Positions 36,733 to 49,737 are shown, counted from the stretch's first letter. The stretch: 64,000 nucleotides of DNA from Octopus sinensis (GCF_006345805.1 NC_042998.1:1488001-1552000); one strand, 5' to 3'. Notes: generated by a model from the letters alone, not told the origin. Numbers and translations: made by a program.

Positions 36733-38009
36733 AGCAATAATAATTCTCTAAACGAGATATAGACAGTAACTGCTCCATCACATAAGGGACATTAGCCAGT
36801 TGAATGTGGCTAGGGACAGGGCAGGGCGGTGGGGGTGTTACTGATGCATTTAGCCCCAGGCGATCATCAACGTCACCAGATAGGCTGACACCATCACGGT
36901 GTCCTCTATCCTGCAAAGGGAGATCATTTCCCGAAGAAGCGGATGCCACATACGGACCCAGGTTTCAAGGTATTTGCCTATCGTCAACGTATGGCAGGCA
37001 CCGCTCCTCGACGAACAACTTCCTGTTGCAGGATATTTATATATAGATTTTCACGTAAATACATTTACTGATTTCGAAAATTTGTTCGACAGCAATAATA
37101 ATTCTCTAAATGAGATATAGACAGTAACTGCTTCATCACATAAGGGACATTAGCCAGTTGAATGTGGCTAGGGACAGGGCAGGGCGGTGGGGGTGTTACT
37201 GATGCATTTAGCCCCAGGCGATCATCAACGTCACCAGATAGGCTGACACCATCACGGTGTCCTCTATCCTGCAAAGGGAGATCATTCCCCGAAGAAGCGG
37301 ATGCCACATACGGACCCAGGTTTCAAGGTATTTGCCTATCGTCAACGTATGGCAGGCACCGCTCCTCGACGAACAACTTCCTGTGCAGGATATTTATATA
37401 TAGATTTTCACGTAAACACATTTACTGATTTCGAAAATCTGTTCGACAGCAATAATAATTCTCTAAACGAGATATAGACAGTAACTGCTTCATCACATAA
37501 GGGACATTAGCCAGTTGAATGTGGCTAGGGACAGGGCAGGGCGGTGGGGGTGTTACTGATGCATTTAGCCCCAGGCGATCATCAACGTCACCAGATAGGC
37601 TGACACCATCACGGTGTCCTCTATCCTGCAAAGGGAGATCATTCCCCGAAGAAGCGGATGCCACATACGGACCCAGGTTTCAAGGTATTTGCCTATCGTC
37701 AACGTATGGCAGGCACCGCTCCTCGACGAACAACTTCCTGTGCAGGATATTTATATATAGATTTTCACGTAAACACATTTACTGATTTCGAAAATCTGTT
37801 CGACAGCAATAATAATTCTCTAAACGAGATATAGACAGTAACTGCTCCATTCTTCGGGGAATGATCTCCCTTTGCAGGATAGAGGACACCGTGATGGTGT
37901 CAGCCTATCTGGTGACGTTGATGATCGCCTGGGGCTAAATGCATCAGTAACACCCCCACCGCCCTGCCCTGTCCCTAGCCACATTCAACTGGCTAATGTC
38001 CCTTATGTG
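36733..38009. repeat. Tandem array of a 357-358-bp unit (starts 36733, 37091, 37448, partial 37805) ending in a 159-bp inverted segment (37851-38009)
   Basis: Near-identical units with repeated ORFs at 357-358 offsets. 37851-38009 is the reverse complement of 37494-37652. Confidence 0.95.
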
Positions 38010-38177
38010 GTATATATATATATATAATAATAATAATAATATGGTTATCAGTAATAATATAGGGTGAAATTAATTAATTTGGAATAATCATTAATTTCAC
38101 CAAGTAGATTTCGGCATGTAAAAGCCCCATTCGAGGAAAATTTAAGTAATACTAAGTAATTAAGGGTTTAGCAAAAT

Positions 38178-38372
38178 AATCAAAATAAGCAACATGATAT
38201 CATGTAGAAATACGGTACATCCGTTTCACGCGGTTCCATATAAATGAACAATGCAATCATTATGACAATTTAAATGCCGTACTGCAATGATTACATTGTT
38301 CCATTAAATGGAGTTGCTTCAAACGGTCGTACTGCATTACTACTTGTTATATCCTGTTGCCTTATTTTGATT
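38178..38372. repeat. Imperfect ~195-bp palindrome; same family as the inverted repeat at ~43601-43955
   Basis: aatcaaaataagcaac..gatatc...ccgtttca.gcg..tccat versus atggagttgcttcaaacgg...atatcctgttgccttattttgatt. Confidence 0.75.
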
Positions 38373-38460
38373 TTATTCACCTTATTTCGAGTTTGGTGGA
38401 TAATTCCGGATAGACTTGGTGCTTTAAACTTAAGTACTTAGTTCAACTAAATTTTAATCA

Positions 38461-38835
38461 TATATACGACAGGCTTCTTTCAGTTTCCGACTACCAAATC
38501 CGCTCTCAAGGCTTTGGTCGCCTCGAGGCTATAGCAGACACTTGCCCAAGGTGTCACACAGTGAGACTGAACCCGTCGTGTTTATATATATATATATACA
38601 TTTGTGTGTGTATGTCTTTGTGTTTGTGTTTGCCCCACCACCACCACCACCACCATTGCTCGACAACCGATGTTAATGTATTTATGTTACTGAAACATAG
38701 CGATTCGGCAAAACAGACTGATAGAATAAGTACTAGGCTTACATAAGATGTCCTGGGGTCGATTTCTTCAACTCAAGGCGGTGCTCCTTTATGGCCGCTG
38801 TCAGACGACGGAAACAAGTAAATGATTAAAAGAGC
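38461..38835. mobile_element. SINE family A with inverted head (38461-38575 minus) joined to a sense body and tail
   Basis: Orientation flips at CCCG (38572-38575). Confidence 0.8.
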
Positions 38836-38861
38836 TATATATATATATATATATATATATA

Positions 38862-39410
38862 TGAACGCCACGCATCCATTTCCAAGTAAATTTATCTTAA
38901 TCCTTTTGATGCGACTCTACTCTATACTATTTTCTGCCCTATCGTTTTCTCTCTAATCCTTTCTCTAATTCCTTTTTTCTGCTCTTCACCGTTTTCCATC
39001 TCTCTCTCTGTCTCTCTCTCCTTCTTTCTCCTATACTCTCTCTCTCGTTGCGCACACGTGACCATCGTCCATCTTTCTTTTCCTCGGGTGCTCATCTATC
39101 TTTTTTCCCAGGGTTGTCCTAAACTCTGGATGTATCCTATCTCTCTCTTCTATCTTCTCTCTTGTCAAAGAAAATAATTCTCCAGTGTTCGTAATTTTAC
39201 ACTCGTTCTGGTCTAACGAGCCTCCATATTTTTTTCCGTTCGGTTTGCTTGCATGTCTCCCCTGTACTGTTTTTGTGCCCATTTTATTTTGATACATATG
39301 ATAGCAACTGTCTTCGAAGACTCATGTTGTTCAATACTCGAAATGAGGAGTAGATAGGCAACCGACAACTGATGAAGGGTCGTTCTTTATGTTACTTGTC
39401 CTCTTTTCTA
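38862..39410 (-). mobile_element. Second copy of the 7410-8040 repeat family
   Basis: Collinear shared blocks; similar decayed peptides in ORFs 7617..7823 and 39031..39297. Confidence 0.6.
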
Positions 39411-39421
39411 TTTGTATATAT

Positions 39422-39584
39422 ATAGTGGCTGTGTGGTAAGTAGATTGCTTACCAGCCACATGGTTCCGAGTTCGCTTGCCCAAGGAATCACATGGATCCT
39501 TGGGTAAGTGTCTTCCACTATAGCTTCGGAACGACCAAAGCCTTGTGAGTGGATTTGGTAAACGGAAACTGAAAGAAGTCCGTC

Positions 39585-39618
<34 letters not shown>

Positions 39619-39641
39619 ATATATAATATTATATAGATATA

Positions 39642-39707
<66 letters not shown>

Positions 39708-39928
39708 TGTATGTATGTGTATATGTTTGCGTATCTGTGTTTGTCCCCAACATCGCTTGACAACCGATGCTGGTGTGTTTGCGTCCCCGTAACTTCGCGG
39801 CTCGGCAAAAGAGACCGATAAAATAAGTACTAGGCTTCCAAAGAATAAGTCATGGAGTCGATTTGCTCGACTAAAGTCGGTGTTCCAGCATGGCCGCAGT
39901 CAACTGTCTGAAACAAGTAAAAGAGTAA
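39422..39928 (+). mobile_element. Near full-length SINE family A
   Basis: Head, internal microsatellite and tail are all present. Confidence 0.9.
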
Positions 39929-40116
39929 GCCAGAAATAAGGTACTCTTTTAATGGAATTTATTCAATAAATTTGGTGGTCATACCTGTAGGTAGGTATAA
40001 CGACAGCGAGAATATACCTATCGTTATACGTATCTACATACCTGTATAGATCTCCATTCATATATACTTATGTGAATATAAAAAAAATAATCACTCCCCC
40101 AAACAGACAAACAAAC

Positions 40117-40230
<114 letters not shown>

Positions 40231-40920
40231 GCATGTACTCGTACAACACACGTGTATGATTGGTCATAAGATGTTTTTGTGGTTATGTATATATACACAT
40301 ACATAAGCGTATGTCTGTACATATACGTGCGTATGTTTGTATGTGTGCGTGTAAGCTTAGTGTGTGTGTGTATCTGTGTGCGTGTGTGTGTGTTGGAGTG
40401 TGAGTGTGTATGATTTCGTCTGGGCGCGTGCTTTGCAACGCCTTCTGAAATTCCTCTGCAACAGATGGTTGTTGGTGAGGTAATACAGCTAAATAAAAGA
40501 CACCAATGTGTGTATGTAAAGGATAGACACGCAGAGAGAGAGAGAGAGAGAGAGAAAGAGTGAGAGGGAGAGAGAGAGAAAGAGAGGGAGAGGGAGAGGG
40601 AGAGGGAGAGAGAAAGAGTGAGAGCGAGATTGAAGGAGTACAAGGAGAAAGAAAAGAAGCAACGTAAAGAAATAAAGGTTAGGATGATAGCAATAAAAAA
40701 GAATTCGCCGCATGTTAGGGAGAGCAGATCTTAAAGGTGTTGGCTTCGTTCCGAATATCACTGGAAGTATAAAGTCTAAATGTTTCCTCAATCAATATCC
40801 GCCTTGCTAGGAGAAAGGAAATCAGTTTTCATTATAAAAGACAGCTATGATTATTAATTCTGCTTACGTTGAATGTCATGTGTATCTCATCCCGTTTACA
40901 CACACACCACAGATATATAA

Positions 40921-40953
<33 letters not shown>

Positions 40954-41027
40954 ACACACCCACACACACACACACACACACACCACACACATACATATAT
41001 ATATATAGATATATATATAATATATTA

Positions 41028-41074
<47 letters not shown>

Positions 41075-41086
41075 TTTTATATATTA

Positions 41087-42357
41087 TTAAGACATCCATA
41101 AATAATGCGGTTTTTTAATCCTTTATTTTTTTCAAAATTAAGGTAAACAAATCTATTTTGTAATCTAAAATATACTCTCCTTCATTTTCTGCAATGCTTT
41201 TCCATGTATCCGGTAGACTTGCAAGGTCCCTCTTCCAAAATTCACTTGTCCGTGATGAAAAATATTCCTCCAGTACTGTTTTCACTTCGTCTACAGAATT
41301 CTTATATTTTTTCGTTCAAATGTTTTCAAGACTGCGGAATAAATAATAATCAGATGGGGCAATGTCCGGCGAATATGGTGACTGGGGCATCGTTTCTCAT
41401 TCAAACTGCTCTTGCCTTTCGAATCCTTGCTGTATGTGGCCGAACATTATCCTGATGGAAGAACACCTTTCGTCTTGAAACCGAAGATGGTCGTTTTTCT
41501 TCTTGCACTGACTTAAGCCGCTCAAGCTGCTCGCAGTTAGATCTCCTTTGTTATCGTTTGGTTTGGGTTTAAAAGTTCAAAGTGGGCTAAACCTTTCATA
41601 TATCACCAAAGAGATAACAACACCTTACGTGAGTGAAGACCTCTTTAGTCTGGGGTGCCTGTGTTTCTCTTTTCCCTACCCACTGTTTTCAGCGCTTCAC
41701 GTTTTTATAGCGAACCCATTTCTCGTCACCAGTCACTATTCAGTCCAAAAAAAAGTTCATTCGTGAGACATGACAGCAAAGAAGAGCAAACATTAACTCT
41801 CCGCACGCGATTAGACTCGGTAAGTTTGTGAGGAACACATTGACCCAATTTTCTGGCTTTTCCCATGGCACGAGGGTGCCGATGAATGGTCGAGTGACCA
41901 AATTCAAACTTCTCTGCTAGTTCCTCAACAGCTACAATGGGATTTTGTTCCACCAGTGTTTGCAGGACGTCCTCGTCGAGCTCTGCAGATCTTCCACGAT
42001 GAGGCTCATCTTCTAGGCTGTAGTTCCCGGCGCGGAATTTCTGAAACCACCACCGTTGACACTGGCTTACGCTTATTATCCGATCCCCATTTACTGCATT
42101 AATATTCATCACACTTTCCATTGCTTTGTTGCCTCTACTGAACTCATAAAGCAAAATATGCCCAATATGCTTCTTTGTCACTTCCATTACAGCTTAGAAA
42201 AAAATAACAGTTAAAATCGAACTGCACTCTTCAAAACTTACACTAAGAATAAGTATAAGGTAAAATTACTACCTGCTTTTATAGCAACTTGATGCAGGTA
42301 GTTTATCTTGTCCCCTTCCGACTTGAAAAAAACCGCATTATCTGTGGAATGACCCAA
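41087..42357 (-). mobile_element. Full-length decayed mariner (DD34D) transposon, 1271 bp, TA flanks
   Basis: ~30-bp imperfect TIRs (tt..g.cat.cca.a.ataatgcggtttttt). ORF 41726..42187 shows HTH/LEDEPHRGR and CVPHKL (cf. WVPHEL). Downstream pieces read IVTGDEKWV, HQDNVRPH and YSPDIAPSDYYLF. Stops and frameshifts are present. Confidence 0.93.
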
Positions 42358-42899
42358 TATATATATATATCTTTTATCTCTTGTTTCAGTGGTTGGACTG
42401 CGGTCATGCTGGGCCAACGCCTCTAATGTTTTAAAGGAATAAACTAAGCGCGTGTACTAATTTTTTTATGGCACTTATTCCATCGTCTTCTTTTATCGAA
42501 TATTAGGGAAATATAAACAAACCAACACCAGTTATCAAGCGGTGGTGGAGGATAAACACAATGCAAATACCTACACGCATATGTGGTTTGGTTGAAAAGT
42601 GCATAGGCTGACCAAGATGTTTTCATGGAATAAGACCAAATGAGGTCTACTTTTCTACTTAGTCCACCTTGCGGTCCACACTTCTTCCGTCGGTGTTGCA
42701 GTGCTTGGATCCCCCCATTGGTGAAGAAGCTTTCATCCTGTTCGTTAATCTCCTAATTAAATTACTCGTCTATGTGCTCTTTCCCACCCTTGTCAGAAGC
42801 TTCATGTCAGATTATCTTTTCTTCGCATGTACAGATGGAGGCTCTTCTGACTCACATCAAATTAGCTTTTGTGTGTCCCAAGACATAACAGCATCACGC

Positions 42900-43250
42900 A
42901 CACTTTTCATATTGTGCATTAAGGACTAACTTGCTGCTGACACCTCTAACAATATCCACACCTATAAAGATAATACTGCTCTTCACACTTCACTCCTTCC
43001 TAACACTCCCCACACAGACTCATTCACATACAACCCAGAAACTTCGCTTCAATCTTAAAGTGCTTCTATGGACAGAGATGGCGAAAACATTTGCTGATAA
43101 GGACATGGCAATAAAAGGAATCAACTCCTCAAAGTACCTACAAATACTGGATTTCACAATTCCGGACGATCTCTCCTGACATTCTCAGATGCACGAAATT
43201 GCAAAAACTACAACCCAAGGACTGGTTTCTCACTGCATAAAAAAAAAACT
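42900..43250 (+). pseudogene. Very degraded LINE RT fragment
   Basis: LQILDFTIPDDLS*HSQMHEIAKT resembles the L.ILG.TI..DLSW..HI..IAK region downstream of YADD. Confidence 0.4.
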
Positions 43251-43381
43251 CAATTGAGAATCACAATGATATCTCCAGCATTGAAATCTCTTTTAATTCA
43301 CACATATGTATCAAATCTAACGCTACAATATTGAATAATGTACAGCTAGATTTGGAAAAGAGATGATAACATTCTGAACAT

Positions 43382-43541
43382 AGGAGCAGGCGTAACTGTG
43401 TGGGAAGAAACTTGCTTCCCAACCACATGGTTCCGGGTTCAGTCCCGCTGCGTGGCACCTGGGGCAAGTGTCTTCTACTATAGCCTGTTCGACCAAAGCC
43501 TTCAGTGGATTTGATAGACGGAAATTGAAATAAGCCCGTCA
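43382..43541 (+). mobile_element. SINE family A head
   Basis: Consensus head sequence. Confidence 0.85.
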
Positions 43542-43555
43542 TATATTATATTATA

Positions 43556-43600
<45 letters not shown>

Positions 43601-43604
<4 letters not shown>

Positions 43605-44085
43605 CAAAATAAGCAACAGGATATCAAGTAGTAATGCAGTACGACCGTTTCAAGCGACTCCATTTAATTGAACAAATCAATCATTATATCAATTTCAATG
43701 TAGTGCTATCTTCAGTTGCACAAAATATAGAAATTTTTAACAAGTAGGACACATTAATATAATTTTTTGTTAAATATATTAACAGAGTAAGAAGATGGAA
43801 GAAATTCAGGTTGTCGCTATTGTAGCAAAGTGGCTAAGAAGAGACTACAATTTCATAGAACTGCATTTAAATTGATGTAATGATTGCATTGTCCAATTAA
43901 ATGGAGCCGCTTGAAACGGTTGAACAGCATTACTACTTGGTATCCTTATTTACATTATTTACAATTGACGGATATTTGTCCTCATCTTGTTGCTGTTATC
44001 ACAACGTTTCGGCTGATATACCCTCCAGCCTTCATCAGATGTCTTGGAGAAATTTCCAACCTGGGTTCTCATTCCTAAGATTTGT
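43601..44085 (-). mobile_element. Penelope-like terminal-repeat remnant with a ~90-bp inverted repeat (~43615-43703 versus ~43862-43950) and a hammerhead motif
   Basis: The inverted match is visible; the hammerhead core lies at 44000-44043(-). Confidence 0.6.
44000..44043 (-). ncRNA. Minimal type I hammerhead ribozyme-like motif
   Basis: Minus strand: gaCAT CTGATGA a GGCTG gagggtatat CAGCC GAAA CGTT GTG. It has core boxes, a 5-bp stem II, a palindromic AACGTT stem III and a short stem I. Activity is untested. Confidence 0.6.
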
Positions 44086-44108
44086 TTTCGATGTTGTTGT
44101 TGTTGTTG

Positions 44109-44109
<1 letters not shown>

Positions 44110-44190
<81 letters not shown>
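44110..44190. repeat. (TTA)n microsatellite preceded by (TGT)n
   Basis: Directly visible. Confidence 0.95.
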
Positions 44191-44194
<4 letters not shown>

Positions 44195-44896
44195 TCACTG
44201 TCTGGAATCGAACTCAGAAAGAAGTAAAAGAGTAACTATTGGATGGTATGACCCGGTGAAGAGAGCAGAAAACAATCGTCTGTGTGGTCGGCGATTTGTA
44301 TCTTATCCTCAGAACTGGTTTTGACTGTTGCCTGGACACTTATTTTCAAATGGCCCAGTTCAGCCAATGTGTACATAGATACTACAGGGTAACACCATCT
44401 CGCTGTCCCACCCAAGCATCCGTAAAAGTAATTATTAGAGAGCACAAAGAGAAAACAGAAACGAGAATTAAGAAAATAAGGATGGGAGAATTAGTATTTG
44501 TTGGTACTTTTTGTTGTTTATTTTATCATGTTTTTCTGTCCAACGTCAATTATGTGGCCTAATAAGGAAATATGCTTAGTTAAGCATATTATCTCTTGGG
44601 AGGGAAAAAGAATACATAGAACCTTTTCACTACCAACGATCCTGACATTTTCTAATCACCATGCAATTCATTGTAGCTTGCTTACAAGAAGCTCCTGTTG
44701 ATAATGAAGGATTTCTAAGAAGGGGGTGGGTGGTAGAGATCTTAAGGACAAGGCTAATTTAATATTCACTACACGACATCGCATGCATTTGTATGTATAT
44801 AAACACATATATACATAATACATACATGCATGCATACATACATATACACACATGTATACCCATGTAAATATACATACATACATACATATACATCAT

Positions 44897-44959
<63 letters not shown>

Positions 44960-44968
44960 CAGGAACGC

Positions 44969-45005
<37 letters not shown>

Positions 45006-45066
45006 CACACACACAGATTCAAGCACGCATATATTATATATATATGTAAATATATGTATATATATA

Positions 45067-45108
<42 letters not shown>

Positions 45109-45819
45109 TAATTATATATATTTATATATCTATATATATATATATGTATATATATATGTAAGTATATATATATATGTACACCTTTAGTGTGTTTAAATTG
45201 ATCTCTTAATGAAGTAAGTCACTTGGGTATCTAATTTAATAAAGCGTTGTTCATTTGATTCAGTAGAAAGGTTAACTAGTAGATTGTGTTCATTAGATCG
45301 GATATTTTTCCGAGTAGGGAAATTCCCCAGGGAGCAGTAAATCATTTCCAAGCATCTTTCATATACACCCCCCTCCTTCTTCAAATAATGCATCTTTTCT
45401 TTTTGTTTCCACCTACCTCTATATCTCTCTCTCCTCTTTATATCCATCTCCCCCTCTCTCTTTTCCATCCCTCTCCTTCTGTCTGTCTGTCTCTTTCTCT
45501 CTCTCTCTCTTTCTTTCTCTTTTAATCTAACGCTTTGTTTCTCATACAATATGGTAAGCGTCTCCAGCTGGAATATCTCGATGATGCCAAAAGGACAAAT
45601 ATTTCATTTTTCACAGCAATAAAAGAAATAGCTTCTTTCCATCAGAACTAAATGCCCAGGTTAGTTTTAGAGACCATGAAATTCCAAATTAGACAAGAAT
45701 TCGCTCATCACCCCCACCTTTTCCTTTTGTTTCTTTCTCTCACCTCACTCACTCTCTCTCTCTCTATTCTTTATCACCCTCTTGTCCTTGCCTATCACTG
45801 TTATATGAAAATATATGTG

Positions 45820-45866
<47 letters not shown>

Positions 45867-46144
45867 ATACATACACACACACACACACACACATATATAT
45901 GGAGTAGATGAAAGAGGGACAACTGAAGAAGGGGGATATTCCTTGTGTTGTATGTCTTGTTTCTCTGGGTTTTTTTCGTTGTTTGAAAAAAAGTTCGTTT
46001 CCATGTTTTTGTTTTTATGTTCAACGTTTTTCTCATGTCCTGTACCCATATATGCATGTATATATACATATAGATGTAGGTATGTACATAAACGTATGTA
46101 TGTATGCTTATATTTATTTATTATTTATATTATCATATACAAAG

Positions 46145-46460
46145 GAACACTCCGTCGGTTACGACGACGAGGGTCCCAGATGATACGATCAACGGAACAG
46201 CCTGCTCGTGAAATTAACGTGCAAGTGGCTGAGCACTCCTCAGATACATGTACCCTTAACGTAGTTCTCAGGGAAATTTACCGTGACACAGAGTGTGACA
46301 AGATTGGCCCTTTAAGATATAGGAACTACTCATTTTCGCACGCTGAATGGACTGCAGCAACGTGAAATAAAGTGTCTTGCTCAAGGACACAACGCATTGC
46401 CGGGAATTGAACTCACGAAATTACGATCGTCAGCCGAATGTCCTAACCAGTACGCCATAC
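46145..46460 (-). mobile_element. SINE with a family D-type head and a different 3' tail
   Basis: The head shares gagttcaattcc...gtgtccttgagcaagacactttatttcacgttgct with family D, then diverges (gagtgctcagccacttgcacgttaatttcacgagcaggctgttcc...). Confidence 0.75.
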
Positions 46461-46508
46461 AGCATCACTGTATGTGTGTATATATATGTATATATGTGGG
46501 TATGTATA

Positions 46509-46539
<31 letters not shown>

Positions 46540-46550
46540 GGGTATGTATA

Positions 46551-46581
<31 letters not shown>

Positions 46582-46905
46582 GGCTATGTATATGTATAAT
46601 ATATATATATATATTGTATATATGTGGCTATGTATATGTATATATATAATATATATATTATATATATATATTTAGTATAAAATATGGACTCAGAGAGTCG
46701 TGTGACTATCACAGAAAGCTCCTCTAGGAGACTCGGCTGACACCCCCCACTCCCCGCACACACACATAATGAGCCAATACAGAGAAATGTAATGCAGAAT
46801 GTTACATCCGTTAGATCCGAAGTAATTTCATTGATCGGACCTTTTGGATTTCTGCTGCTAAACCTCTGCATTGGATTACCATATGACCTGATATATATAT
46901 ACATC

Positions 46906-46949
<44 letters not shown>

Positions 46950-46976
46950 TATATATATACTTATATATATATATAT

Positions 46977-47048
<72 letters not shown>

Positions 47049-47113
47049 ATATATCTATATATATATATATGTATTATATATATATATATATATATAATAT
47101 ATATATGTATGTA

Positions 47114-47159
<46 letters not shown>

Positions 47160-47299
47160 ACATATATATATATATCTATACATATATATATACATATATG
47201 TGTGTGTGTGTGTATGTGTGTGTGTGTGGTGGTGTTTGTATGTGGGTGTGTAGGTGTGTGTGTTCCTTATATGTCCTCTTCTGCAATATCATTTCGCTT

Positions 47300-47522
47300 T
47301 AAGGCGGCGAGCTGGCAGAATCAGCAGCACGCCCGACAGAAATGCTTATCGGCGTTTCGTCCATCTTCACGATCTGAGTTCAAATTTCACCGTGGCCGAC
47401 TTTGCCTTTCGTCCGTTCGAGGTCAATAAACTAAGTACCAGTTGAGCATTGAGGTCGATGTTATCGACTTACCCCCTCCCGCAGCCCCGAAATTGCTGGT
47501 GCTTGTGCCAAAATTTGAAAGC
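47300..47522 (+). mobile_element. SINE family B full copy
   Basis: Consensus match. Confidence 0.9.
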
Positions 47523-47898
47523 AATATTGTATGGCTTTGATTTTAACGTTGCATGAATAGACTAAAGTGCCGAGAGTACTTTAGTCATTCGTGTAATATT
47601 AAAATCACACATACATGTGCATGTGTGTGTATTTGTATACGCACATACAATATGAGTGTGCGTGTATATATATATATATATATATACACACTGTTATCAC
47701 ATGGTTAACTTTCGACATTTTCTATCCAAAGTGTTTCTTAATTCAATATTTTCACGCTATTACTTATAGTTTCATCTGCTTCGAGTTTCATCATCCACCC
47801 ACCCAATTATATATACGTATGTATACCTGCGTGAGTGTGTGTGTGTATGTGTGTGTGTGGTGTTTTGTGTGTGTATATATATATATATATATTTAATA

Positions 47899-47954
<56 letters not shown>

Positions 47955-48794
47955 CATATATATATATACATATGTATATATATAATATATATATAATGAG
48001 CATATGTGCGTGATTCTAACGACCCAAATTGTATCATATATATTGTCCAGGAAAAAATTAGCACCCTGATAAATATATTTTTCATAAGATAAAACATATG
48101 TAAACAAAATATGTAACCTTAGAAGTCCTTCAGGTCGTAAACTAGTCTCAGGGTTGTCTTGACGGTTGCGCTCTCAACGACCTTATGAAAGTTAACGACC
48201 AAGAAGTGAGTTGAAGCGGAAAGCCAAATTTGCTGGTTATGTTTTTCACGTTGACAATATGATAATCTAAGTTATTTTCCCAGCCAACCTTTTGTCATTT
48301 CAGAGCTTAGAGTTTCCAAGGTTCGAAGAAAGCGTGTTAGCTATTCCAATTTTTAATTGTCATCGGATAACATAACGCTAGCTTGTTATCATAAGCATTG
48401 GGAGAAGAAGAAAAAAAAGGCAGACAACCTCAAGTAATTCAAATACCGTAATTAATCTAGTTTTCTTTTAACTGGTATCTAATGCCTTCATCTGAAGATC
48501 TGTTGAACGTATTAAGATTTGTTTTCCAGAACCTAAAATAGAGGAGTGGAGTGCTTTGCCTTTTAGATTTATTCATTAAATTGGATATCGTTGCGAAGCG
48601 TTGACAGGATTGGGCACCGAGGCACATGGTCGGTCCCAGTTTGACTCTCCACTACTCCGTTTTTTATCAACATTTTAGTGAAATTATTAATAAATTAAGG
48701 TTTCTTATTTATGCATAAGAATAAGTTTTGTAGCGGAAATGAATGGCCGACTGAGTCAACTACAAATTTTTTCGGCTATCGTTTTGATTAACTC

Positions 48795-49345
48795 TACGGC
48801 TGCGAGTTGGCAGAATCGTAAGCACATCGGACAAAGAGCTTCATAGTATTTCTTCCGGCTCTTTGCGTTCAAATTCCACTGAGGTCGACTTTGCTTTCAT
48901 TCTTTTAGAGTTGATAAAATAAGTACCTGTTGAGCACTGGGACCGATGTAATCCACTTCACCTTCCCTCAAAATTACGGACCTAGTGCCAAAAATTAGAA
49001 AGAATTTGAGTTGAAATTCCGCTGAAGTTGACTTTGTCTTTCATCCTTTCGGATTTAATAAAATAAAGAACCAGTTGACCTCTGGGATCGATGTCATCTA
49101 CTAGTCCCCTCCCACATAATTTCAGGATTTGTGCCTATGGCAGAAATAATTATATTGATGGACTCAAAGGCGGTGAGTTAGCACGTCGGACACAATGCTC
49201 GGTGGCATTTCTTCCGGCTGTTTACGTTCTGAGTACAAATTCTACCGCGGTTAACTTTGTCTTTCATTTTTTTCGGTGTCTGTGTAATCGAGTAATCCCC
49301 GACCATTTGGGGAAAAGGTTACTAGTTTGTGCCAAAATTTGAAAT
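48795..49345 (+). mobile_element. Three tandem SINE family B copies
   Basis: Repeated aaattcc..cgaggtcgactttg / aataagtacc / ccaaaa.tt.gaaa blocks. Confidence 0.8.
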
Positions 49346-49644
49346 AATTATATTGGTCGATTCCGGAGAAAGAATCGGAAGAGTTGGAACCAGAAAGAAA
49401 TTAACTCACAAGAGCGTCAACAAATTTAGTAGCACGAGGAGTTACCCCCAACTGTAACCTGTTTCTGCCTTTTCATTGCCTTTTCAGTTGCTTCGGAGAA
49501 AATCGGTTTCAAAATTCAAGTAGGTTTTCGGGAACAAGAAGCTTACTTTGCGACCATGGGGTTTCGGGTCCAGTTTTTAACTCTTATACACCACGTTGAT
49601 CACCCCCTCTCTCACTCTCTCTATCTCTTCCCTCTGTATACTAA

Positions 49645-49737
<93 letters not shown>

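Noticed and set aside
36733-37850. CRISPR-like array or repeated protein gene
   Set aside because: The units are 357 bp with no unique spacers and no cas genes. The short ORFs are inconsistent between units (indel in unit 1) and unrecognisable.
39365-39400. CTGATGA (also ~7526-7532 minus, and CTGAAGA near 45922) as hammerheads
   Set aside because: No stem II followed by GAAA in these copies.
41726-42187. Domesticated SETMAR-like gene
   Set aside because: TIRs and TA flanks are present, the catalytic region is broken by stops and frameshifts, and there is no SET domain. It is an ordinary dead mariner.
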